IMG/VR virus record: IMGVR_UViG_3300038504_000001
Location: 62,001 to 98,671 of that record
Strand: one strand, 5' to 3'
Length of the DNA stretch: 36,671 nt
DNA from: an uncultured virus (IMG/VR IMGVR_UViG_3300038504_000001)
Lineage: Duplodnaviria > Heunggongvirae > Uroviricota > Caudoviricetes
The position numbers were made by a program, and so were the translations under genes. Shown one piece after another: positions 8,449 through 16,201 of the stretch (the stretch's first letter is position 1; each line of letters begins with the position of its first letter). The notes below the pieces were generated by a model. The model made no database searches. It was not told the origin of the DNA and saw only the letters and a list, made by a program, of their open reading frames with translations.

Positions 8449-9837
8449 ATGGTTAATTCGCTATTTGCCGACACAAAGACTAGGGTTATGTCTGATGAAA
8501 TTCTAGCTAGATTTAAAGAAGAGTTCAACAGAGACCCTGAGTATCATAAAGCTATGTATGACAAATACTTACCTGTATTTAGAAAAGAAGCTATCGATAT
8601 TGACAGGCTGTTTTCTATTCACGATGAAGCTTATATTCAAGAGGTTACTTACTTCTTAATGTACTCAGCTAAAAAGCTAGTTAGCAATTACATAAAACCT
8701 AAACCTGATTTCACTGATTTAAAGAATCTACTTGACTTAGACTTAGAAAGACTTCCTGAACTTAAGGATTTGTCTCTCACTCACGGATTATCTTTCTGTG
8801 ATGCTTTTACTAAAGAACATAGATTAGCTTGCCCAATTGTTGGTAAAGGTAATTCTCAAGCAATAAAACTATTGAAAGATGACTACGGTCTTTACAAAGC
8901 TACATTAAAGGCTTGTTATTTTCATAGAACTAAAGTGACTCCAAAAGCTGTACTTAGAACTGTGGAAATGTTAGTTCCCGTAGTTTCAAATTTCAAGCCT
9001 GTAGTAGCGGCTAAGATATGGTATGATTATGCTGTTAAGCAAGCTTTAGAAGCTGGACGAGATTATGTTGCTCTTCTTGTAAGTTCTGAGGGTTGGTTAG
9101 GAAGACTATTGTCTGGATATAAGATTGCTTATGACTTTCCACAACTGAAAGTGTATTATGTTTCTGTCGACCCTAACCCTTTGGTTAATAGAGAGTTTCA
9201 CAATATGGTTAAAACTTTAAGAGAGTATCACGATTTGCCTAATTGGTTTCCTGAGACTCATATGACAGGTTCTGAGAACTTCAGGGAGCTCCCTAAAGGA
9301 ACTAATTATCAATATGATATGCAGTTTACTTCTCCCCCATATTTCAATACTGAAGTGTATATGGAAGGCTATATCATTACTCTAGATGATAGTACTGAAA
9401 TTGTACTAGCTGACAACGAAGATATTGAAGTTCAAGGAGAAAACAAATACGAACCTTGTAAAGTGATTTCTGTAACTGAGTTGGAACTTGGAATGATTAC
9501 TTCTTATGGGGGGACTGTCGTTTCTATTAAAAACACTGGTCAAAGTCATAATACTTCTGGAACAGCAGAGGAGTGGAGAGTTAATTTCTTATTAGCTACT
9601 TACAAATGTCATAAAGATATAATAAAACCTGGTGGATACACAATAACTAATATTGCAAATGTCCGAAGTTGTATGAAGCTTGAGGAGTATACTGTTAGGT
9701 CTGGACTTGAGGCAGGGTTTGAGTATTTAGGGGAAAGTTGGTACAAGCTTTCTAGAAAACCAAGCAAAAATAAGAATTCAGAGATTACATCAAGAGCTGG
9801 GGAACCTATTTTTATATTTAGAAACCCTGTTGAATAA
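8449..9837 (+). CDS. Amino-(N4C/N6A) DNA methyltransferase-fold protein, atypical
   Basis: SNFKP, motif-I-like VSSEGWLGRLL, VDPN, motif IV FTSPPYFNTEVY, IKPGG, EPIFIF; about 60-aa insertion after motif IV. Confidence 0.8.
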   Translation: MVNSLFADTKTRVMSDEILARFKEEFNRDPEYHKAMYDKYLPVFRKEAIDIDRLFSIHDEAYIQEVTYFLMYSAKKLVSNYIKPKPDFTDLKNLLDLDLERLPELKDLSLTHGLSFCDAFTKEHRLACPIVGKGNSQAIKLLKDDYGLYKATLKACYFHRTKVTPKAVLRTVEMLVPVVSNFKPVVAAKIWYDYAVKQALEAGRDYVALLVSSEGWLGRLLSGYKIAYDFPQLKVYYVSVDPNPLVNREFHNMVKTLREYHDLPNWFPETHMTGSENFRELPKGTNYQYDMQFTSPPYFNTEVYMEGYIITLDDSTEIVLADNEDIEVQGENKYEPCKVISVTELELGMITSYGGTVVSIKNTGQSHNTSGTAEEWRVNFLLATYKCHKDIIKPGGYTITNIANVRSCMKLEEYTVRSGLEAGFEYLGESWYKLSRKPSKNKNSEITSRAGEPIFIFRNPVE

Positions 9838-9881
9838 TGCTAATCTAGTATCTTAAAAAGAATTAAAACAAGGAGTAAACT

Positions 9882-10445
9882 GTGCAAGGAAATATTGAAA
9901 TAATAGACACTGTAGCTGAATTTGATATAGACAAATTCATAAGCTTTGAGAGTCTGGTTAATAAAAGATTAAACTACAACGGAGACCAATTTGCTGAAAT
10001 ATTAGAAAGCATATCTGAAGAAGATGAAGAGCCTACTTCAGAAGCTTTCTTGGAGTGTTATAATTCTGAGTTCAACCCTATAAAAGCTGTTTTCTATGTT
10101 GAGAACGAAGACGAAGATTTACTTGGGGGTTGTGTCTTATGGAATGCATCTTTAGACAGAGTTAAAATAGTTGACTTAGCTATTTCTGAAGATTGTGAGG
10201 GTCAAGGACTTGGTTCAATACTTATGGACGAAGCAATAGCCTATTGCAGGAGAAAAAAGATATCTCAAATAAACCTTGAAGTTAGAGATAATACTCCTGC
10301 CAAGTTTTTATATCTTAACAAAGGCTTTGAAGCTGTAGTATTGCTAACTGACTTTTACAAAGACTATGATGCTGAGAATTTAGTTGCTGAGAGAGGTCTT
10401 GAGATTCCTAGTCAAGATGCTTGGTATATGGAGCTTTACTTATGA
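9882..10445 (+). CDS. RimI-like GNAT N-acetyltransferase with acidic N-terminal extension
   Basis: LAISEDCEGQGLGSILM (acetyl-CoA motif A), LEVRDNTPAKFLYLNKGF, FY...DAWYM; GTG start after AAGGAG. Confidence 0.9.
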   Translation: MQGNIEIIDTVAEFDIDKFISFESLVNKRLNYNGDQFAEILESISEEDEEPTSEAFLECYNSEFNPIKAVFYVENEDEDLLGGCVLWNASLDRVKIVDLAISEDCEGQGLGSILMDEAIAYCRRKKISQINLEVRDNTPAKFLYLNKGFEAVVLLTDFYKDYDAENLVAERGLEIPSQDAWYMELYL

Positions 10446-11440
10446 GAACAAATGAACTTAAAAACGAAATAGAAAACACAGCATATTGTTCTGGAACAGA
10501 TATTATTGCTTATCTAAAAGAGTATCATACTTTTTTATCAGATAAAGGATTTTCAGCTTGTTGTTTAGCTACTTTATTCTTTTGTGCATCTTCAACTTCA
10601 TTTAAAATCGTAAACGTTGGTAATACAAAATTTCTGTTTAAAGAAGAGGGCAATAAGAAATATCAATTACAAGGTCTTCCTGTTGCAGACACTTTAGATA
10701 GAATAAGAGAAGCTGTAAGCTGTTGCCTTGAGCTTGGAATTGGTCTTGATTTGTCTGACTTAGATTTACTTAAACTTAAAATGAGTCCAATACCAGAAGT
10801 TATTATTGATAGCTATTTATATGAGCATAGTTCTATGTTTGAATACTTAGAGGGTTGCAGTAGGTCTACAAGAAAAAACATTAACCGATTTGATAGAGAG
10901 TATTCTTTTGCTGTTTTTAAAGCTAATTGTGTTTCTGATAGGGTTATGAATGCTATAAAAGATATAAACGAGATTTGGCTTAAAGAGTTCAAAGACGGAA
11001 ACAAAGACTACGAATACAATATTGATAACACTGAACTGTGCCTAACTAGTCATTTGATTTCACTAATAAACGCAGCTGTTATCGTTTACTATGATAAAGA
11101 GGACAAAATAGTAGCTTACGATTACTTTGAAGCTTGGGGAGATACTGTGTACTCTCTTGGTGGAAAATCTATAATAAAAGATTTATCTTCATTCAAGTCT
11201 GTAAACCGAAATGTGATGAAAGTTGCTAACGATTTATTTGGAGCTACTAAAATGGACATTGGATATTCTACTATATACAAACCTTTAAGTATGAAACCAA
11301 TAACAGAAAACTCATTGAAGTTAACTGAAGCTAAAAGTTCATTTCCAAACACTAGAACTTTGTATAATATCTTTTATACTAAGCCTTCTAAGTATTCTAA
11401 AGTTGAAGCTGTGGATAACAGTTCTAACTCTCTGTTTTAA
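10442..11440 (+). CDS. DUF2156/aaPG-synthase catalytic-domain-like aa-tRNA transferase, paralog 1 (type A)
   Basis: DSYLY..LEG..RKNINRFDREY, IVAYDYFEAW, AKSSFP match the DUF2156 pattern (DY.Y..L.G.K..KRN.INRF; AK.SY.P). ATGA overlap with the GNAT stop. No TM segments. Confidence 0.6.
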   Translation: MRTNELKNEIENTAYCSGTDIIAYLKEYHTFLSDKGFSACCLATLFFCASSTSFKIVNVGNTKFLFKEEGNKKYQLQGLPVADTLDRIREAVSCCLELGIGLDLSDLDLLKLKMSPIPEVIIDSYLYEHSSMFEYLEGCSRSTRKNINRFDREYSFAVFKANCVSDRVMNAIKDINEIWLKEFKDGNKDYEYNIDNTELCLTSHLISLINAAVIVYYDKEDKIVAYDYFEAWGDTVYSLGGKSIIKDLSSFKSVNRNVMKVANDLFGATKMDIGYSTIYKPLSMKPITENSLKLTEAKSSFPNTRTLYNIFYTKPSKYSKVEAVDNSSNSLF

Positions 11441-11449
11441 GGAAACCAA

Positions 11450-12382
11450 ATGCTAAATATTGCTGACATACCTAAGATTAAAAAAGCTTGGTCTTCTCTA
11501 AAACCTGATGAAGTTCTTGGAAGACTTTCATATGAAAATAACTTATTGCATGCAACAAAAGGTCATAAGCTTTTAAATGGGTGGTACTATTATGGTTGGG
11601 CAAACTACTGTATGTGGTCTCCTATCTTTTTAGAAGATACTAGTCGAGACCCAATGGAATTCTTTAAAGAGAATCCTGAGATAACTCATTGCTCTCATTA
11701 TCAAGATATTCATAGCATATCTCATAAGCCTAGTGAAAAGAAGTCTAAATATGCTACATTTTTATATACTAATTCTGAAGAGAACTTAAGTCTTAATGGA
11801 AAAGAGTATGCTAAGTTTAGACAGGCACTTAACTATATGAAAGATAACAAAATAACTATTGAACAGTATTCAGAAAACAAACCTGTGGATTTAGCTATTG
11901 TTCTTGAAGTAAAGTGCTTAATTGATTCTTGGAAAACACACAAAAAAGAAAACATAAAAGAGAAAGTTAACTATGAGCCTTTTGAGGTTATATCTAACTT
12001 GTATGACTATGGAACTTCTTTAGAGTATTTAACTACTATCATAAGGTATGACGGTGTTATAATTCATTATGAAACTTCTGAAAGAATACACCCTAATTAC
12101 ATTATAATAAGTGACTTAAAACCTAATGTATCTTTACCTAAAGAGGTAGCTACTAAATTTGGGTATGTAAACAGGTTAAACCATTATACTCATCTAGTGC
12201 ATTGGCATAACAAATACATTGAACAAGGTTATGATAAATCTTTTCCTATATACTATAATATTGGGGACGACGATTGGGTAAGTTACAAGAGTAGCTTAAA
12301 GCCTTCACACATAGTATCTACAATTAATAAAAAAGTAGGTAAACCTCCTGTGAAAAAATCTTTATCTAACCAATTATTTTAA
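11450..12382 (+). CDS. DUF2156-like aa-tRNA transferase, paralog 2 (type B)
   Basis: FLY..LSLNGKEYAKFRQALN, SERIHPNYIIISDLK, YYNIGDD..YKSSLKP. Confidence 0.65.
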   Translation: MLNIADIPKIKKAWSSLKPDEVLGRLSYENNLLHATKGHKLLNGWYYYGWANYCMWSPIFLEDTSRDPMEFFKENPEITHCSHYQDIHSISHKPSEKKSKYATFLYTNSEENLSLNGKEYAKFRQALNYMKDNKITIEQYSENKPVDLAIVLEVKCLIDSWKTHKKENIKEKVNYEPFEVISNLYDYGTSLEYLTTIIRYDGVIIHYETSERIHPNYIIISDLKPNVSLPKEVATKFGYVNRLNHYTHLVHWHNKYIEQGYDKSFPIYYNIGDDDWVSYKSSLKPSHIVSTINKKVGKPPVKKSLSNQLF

Positions 12383-12392
12383 GGGTATCAAA

Positions 12393-13370
12393 ATGACATT
12401 AATAGAGATTAAAAAAGCTATAGTTCTTGGAGCATATAAAATAACTCCTGATGAATTTATTAAAGCATATAAGAAGATGATAGCTAACAATTTACAAGAG
12501 CTAACTTATGACTCAAATACTTTAGAGTTGTTTAAATATTCTGAAAGCTATACTTTCAAGATAGATGAAACTTTCTTTGCAATTCACAAAAACGGCAAAC
12601 ATTATGCTTCTTGGTTTACTCCATTCACAGAAGAGGGTAATAATATCGAAGCATTAAATCTATGTATCGACTTAGGTATTGATATTACTTTTCACGATAA
12701 AGTAAGGGAAAAGCTGGGAGTGTCTTTTGAAAGCACTTATCAGAAGTTTGATGCTTACACTTATTCTAATCAAGGAATTATTGACAATTACAATGCGGCT
12801 GGGAGAAACAATAGTAGACGAAAGATTAATAAACTTAGAAGTTCTACTTACTTTGAGGTTATCCCTGCGAATGAGTTAACTGTATATCAGAAAGAAGACA
12901 TTTCAGAATTAGAAAAACAGTGGTTCGAGGTTGTTAAAAAGTCTAATTCTTTTTATTCTTTCAACTTTAATCAGTTAGTTAAAAACCATTTCATATCTGA
13001 TATTTTCAATGACACATTCGTTATATTATTCAGAAACAGGGAAGATGGAAAACCTGTTGGATACAGTTGTACTGAAATTATAGGAAACAAAGGTATTGAA
13101 TACATTAGAAAAAGCATTATGCAAGGTTCTCATTATGAATATATGACTATTGTTCAGATGGAAACATTGAAACAAAAATACAATATTGAGCTTATGGACT
13201 TTGGTGCAGCTAGGTTCTGGTATGGTAAGTCTATGATTGATAGAGTGAATGAACAGCTTTATAAAACAAAGTCTTCACTACCTCACGAACTTCATTGGGT
13301 TCATACTAGTGGGTATGATATGAAAAAGTTCAATAGCGTAGATATTGAAGCTTCTAGAGAATTATTTTAA
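12393..13370 (+). CDS. DUF2156-like aa-tRNA transferase, paralog 3 (type A, divergent)
   Basis: DAYTY..RRKINKL, QWFE, PVGYSCTE..RKS, MDFG..TKSSLPH; tail FNSVD shared with paralog 5. Confidence 0.55.
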   Translation: MTLIEIKKAIVLGAYKITPDEFIKAYKKMIANNLQELTYDSNTLELFKYSESYTFKIDETFFAIHKNGKHYASWFTPFTEEGNNIEALNLCIDLGIDITFHDKVREKLGVSFESTYQKFDAYTYSNQGIIDNYNAAGRNNSRRKINKLRSSTYFEVIPANELTVYQKEDISELEKQWFEVVKKSNSFYSFNFNQLVKNHFISDIFNDTFVILFRNREDGKPVGYSCTEIIGNKGIEYIRKSIMQGSHYEYMTIVQMETLKQKYNIELMDFGAARFWYGKSMIDRVNEQLYKTKSSLPHELHWVHTSGYDMKKFNSVDIEASRELF

Positions 13371-13379
13371 GGAAAACAA

Positions 13380-14306
13380 ATGGTTAGTAAATCTGAACTA
13401 AAATCTATAGCTGAAGCTTACAGAAAAGTCCCTAAAGATGAAGTATTAAACCACTTCCAATTTGAAAGCTCACTGATGTTTAACCCTAAAAACATAAAAC
13501 TAACTGATAATGGTTGGGCTTATTATCAAGAGGGGGCTTCTATTTATAAAGGTGTTACTAATATAAATAATCCTGAACAAGACCCAAATAAGTTTATTGA
13601 AAGTCTTAGTAGTTATTACGAGATAGAGCGAGTTTATTCTGAAGAGAATCAATTAGGCGAATTGTTAAATGGTTTGCCTAAAAAGAAAATGGGTATGCTG
13701 ATGTTCCTTTATGATAACAATGGACTACTTTTATCTAAAGTAGGAAAAGATTATCATAGATTCAGAACTAGCAGTAAGTACTTGGAAGACCCTGACTTTA
13801 GAGTGGAAGAGTTTGATAACAATAATCCTTTAACTTACGAAGCTTTATCTGCAATTATGTCTTTGAATGATAGTTGGAAAGCTAAAAAGAAAGAAGATAA
13901 CGACCCTGCTAGTTATGATGTTAATCGATGTATTAAAAACCTATTTGAGATTGGAAGTTTAACTGAATATTATGTAACTTTAATCTGGTACAAAGAAGAA
14001 CTATTGCACTTCCATTCTTCAGAAAGATTACATAACAACTTTGCAATATTACTTGACAGTAAAGTTAACTTTGGAGTAGATAAAGAGCTAAACACTCAAT
14101 TTAGATACTGCAACTTTTTACAACATTGGTTGCATATCAAGAAATGGCATATTGAGGGAGAAAAAGTGTACTATCATTCTGGAATGACTTCAATGAGTAG
14201 TTACAAAGTTCAACTTAGGCCTGCTATAATTTCTAAGTACTATTTAACTTTAGTTGCTGATATGCCATTTATATCTAGACCTAGTAAATCAAATTCATTA
14301 TTTTAA
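13380..14306 (+). CDS. DUF2156-like aa-tRNA transferase, paralog 4 (type B)
   Basis: FLY..GKDYHRFR, DSWK, SERLHNNFAILLDSK, YKVQLRP; aligns by eye with paralog 2 (DEVL, NGW.YY, GSLTEY/GTSLEY, WH). Confidence 0.6.
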   Translation: MVSKSELKSIAEAYRKVPKDEVLNHFQFESSLMFNPKNIKLTDNGWAYYQEGASIYKGVTNINNPEQDPNKFIESLSSYYEIERVYSEENQLGELLNGLPKKKMGMLMFLYDNNGLLLSKVGKDYHRFRTSSKYLEDPDFRVEEFDNNNPLTYEALSAIMSLNDSWKAKKKEDNDPASYDVNRCIKNLFEIGSLTEYYVTLIWYKEELLHFHSSERLHNNFAILLDSKVNFGVDKELNTQFRYCNFLQHWLHIKKWHIEGEKVYYHSGMTSMSSYKVQLRPAIISKYYLTLVADMPFISRPSKSNSLF

Positions 14307-14317
14307 AAAGGTAACTT

Positions 14318-15301
14318 ATGAACATTAAAGATTTCAAAAAGAAATTACTCTCTGCCTCTATTGAGGTTCCTCCCTTAGAGTTCCTTGATAGATTTTATGC
14401 TATGATTAAACACTTAAAGCTGAAAGGTTTCTATTTCAACAATAACACTTGCTGGATTTGGGGAAAACCTGCTAAGATTTTTGAGTACGATGGTGTTCTA
14501 TTTTGTGTTCATATTGCATCTGGCACTTACAGATTATTAGGGATTCCTGTTACAATGAGTTATGCTAAATTGGTTGAAGCAACTTCAATGTGTATTGAGC
14601 TTGGTCTTAATCTTAGAATAGGTAAAGAGGACTTAGCTGAAGTTACTGCATTGTACCCAGCAAAAGAATTAAATGATAATTACAATTACTATCATAAAGA
14701 CTTAGAGAACTATTGGGAGACTTGTTCTAGACAGTCTAGAAAAATACATAACCGATTAGAAAGAGACTATTCTGTTCTTGTATTAAAACCTCAAGACGTT
14801 CCTGTAGAGCTTGTAGCTAGGGTTTCTGAAATTAATCATATATGGATTAATCAATTTAAAGATAATGCTGAGAAGTCAAAACAAACTTTATCTTATGTGG
14901 ATAATATCTTTAAGCAAAATGTCCCTTTAGATAATGCTAGATTTATATTCTACACTAGAAATGAAACTGGAGTTGTAGAAGCTTACGATTATTTTGAAGC
15001 TTGGCATGGAGTAGGTATTGCTCCTGCTGGTAAAGCTATAATAGAGGGTTGCTCAACTTTCAAACATGTAACTATCAATATTGTGAAGTATCTAAAAGAA
15101 GAGCTTGGCGCAGGTGTTTGTCTGTTGGGTGGTTCCAATTTTTATGATTTAGATATGACTGTGCATAAAGATGGAAATCCTGGACTAAAGGTTGCTAAAA
15201 TGTCTATACCACACGAAGTTACTTATACTTATGTATATAGATATAATCCAAAAGCTTTCAACAGTGTTGATGTGTCCGAAAAAGTAAATGAGCTTTTCTG
15301 A
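14318..15301 (+). CDS. DUF2156-like aa-tRNA transferase, paralog 5 (type A)
   Basis: CSRQSRKIHNRLERDYS, EAYDYFEAW, GNPGLKVAKMSIPH (cf. DUF2156 G..GLRKAKLSY.P); closest to paralog 1. Confidence 0.65.
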   Translation: MNIKDFKKKLLSASIEVPPLEFLDRFYAMIKHLKLKGFYFNNNTCWIWGKPAKIFEYDGVLFCVHIASGTYRLLGIPVTMSYAKLVEATSMCIELGLNLRIGKEDLAEVTALYPAKELNDNYNYYHKDLENYWETCSRQSRKIHNRLERDYSVLVLKPQDVPVELVARVSEINHIWINQFKDNAEKSKQTLSYVDNIFKQNVPLDNARFIFYTRNETGVVEAYDYFEAWHGVGIAPAGKAIIEGCSTFKHVTINIVKYLKEELGAGVCLLGGSNFYDLDMTVHKDGNPGLKVAKMSIPHEVTYTYVYRYNPKAFNSVDVSEKVNELF

Positions 15302-15459
15302 TGCAAAAAGTAGCAATAGAACTAAAGATATTGAAATTCTTAACTAATCAAAAACTTAGTTCTCTAAGTCTCTCATACAGAAGAGAAGACTACAAGCTTA
15401 AAGAAGAATATGGACAGATAGTATCTAAATTAGATATAGCTAAAAAGGATTTTAAATGA
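15301..15459 (+). CDS. Small hypothetical protein (52 aa, not in ORF track)
   Basis: MQKVAIELKILKFL...KKDFK; TGATG and ATGA overlaps with both neighbours. Confidence 0.55.
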   Translation: MQKVAIELKILKFLTNQKLSSLSLSYRREDYKLKEEYGQIVSKLDIAKKDFK

Positions 15460-15821
15460 CTACTGGATTTAATTATGAAACTATGGAATGGAAAAGCTAC
15501 GAAGACTTCTTTTATTCTTTTCTTGATGAAACTACATCTAACAACAGAGATAAAGCTTTTGCTCATCTTACAGGGAGTAGATTAAATACTGCACCTACTT
15601 TCCAAGAGATAACATTTATAACCACTATGGTTAAAACTCATTCTAAACCTCACGGAGAAGAAATTGATTCAGATTGCAATAGATTCGGTTGCTTTGGAAC
15701 TATAAGAACAAAAGCTGATTCAGATATGAGTTGCAGTTGTCATAACTTTGCACCTTGCTCTAAATGTACTGCAGGAACTTATTGCCCTGATTGTGATTGG
15801 GACTCAGATGAAGATAACTAA
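15456..15821 (+). CDS. Cys-rich (zinc-ribbon-like) hypothetical protein
   Basis: CNRFGC, CSCH, CSKC, CPDC; AAGGA RBS. Confidence 0.7.
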   Translation: MTTGFNYETMEWKSYEDFFYSFLDETTSNNRDKAFAHLTGSRLNTAPTFQEITFITTMVKTHSKPHGEEIDSDCNRFGCFGTIRTKADSDMSCSCHNFAPCSKCTAGTYCPDCDWDSDEDN

Positions 15822-15972
15822 AACAATATTGATAGTAACTTACCTTTTATCTGTAAGATTTGGATTTCAGGAAACTTTAAAAATGAATTTCCCTGACACT
15901 CCTAAATTAGCTAAAAAATACAGAAAAAGACAGCTTACTGAAGAGGGTAAGTATTTACATAATTGGAGATAA
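15808..15972 (+). CDS. Small hypothetical protein (54 aa)
   Basis: ATG 15808 after GGGA; fills the gap in a tightly packed operon. Confidence 0.45.
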   Translation: MKITKTILIVTYLLSVRFGFQETLKMNFPDTPKLAKKYRKRQLTEEGKYLHNWR

Positions 15973-15977
15973 ACAGA

Positions 15978-16076
15978 ATGAATAAATTAACAAAAGCAGA
16001 TAAACTAGGATTTGTTGTGTTCTTAGCTGTGATATTAATTGCTTACATAATTAAAATAAACACACAAGGGTACTGA
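15978..16076 (+). CDS. Single-TM micropeptide (32 aa)
   Basis: MNKLTKADKLGFVVFLAVILIAYIIKINTQGY; GGAG RBS. Confidence 0.55.
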   Translation: MNKLTKADKLGFVVFLAVILIAYIIKINTQGY

Positions 16077-16078
16077 TA

Positions 16079-16201
16079 ATGAACAAGCCTAATAAACCTG
16101 TTTACAATTTTGGACCTCACAAAGAATCTTTTAACTTCCCTAAAATACTGTTAGGGGTTCTTATACTTTCTGCATTAGTTATGTTGGCAAGTCAACTATG
16201 A
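16079..16201 (+). CDS. Single-TM micropeptide (40 aa)
   Basis: MNKPNKPVYNFGPHKESFNFPKILLGVLILSALVMLASQL; ATGA overlap with the helicase. Confidence 0.5.
   Translation: MNKPNKPVYNFGPHKESFNFPKILLGVLILSALVMLASQL

Noticed and set aside
9361..9555. Functional self-splicing intein in the MTase-fold gene
   Set aside because: Too short, no N-terminal Cys/Ser block, no TxxH; QS appears to belong to the host protein. Kept only as a remnant hypothesis.
11450..11470. MLNIAD start of paralog 2 as another MQNIA tag
   Set aside because: Not shared by its paralogs, lacks Q, and lies outside the putative late-promoter context; probably chance.
10442..15301. Canonical MprF lysyl-phosphatidylglycerol synthase/flippase
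   Set aside because: None of the paralogs has transmembrane segments and no flippase-like gene is adjacent; a lipid target remains possible but not the canonical architecture.
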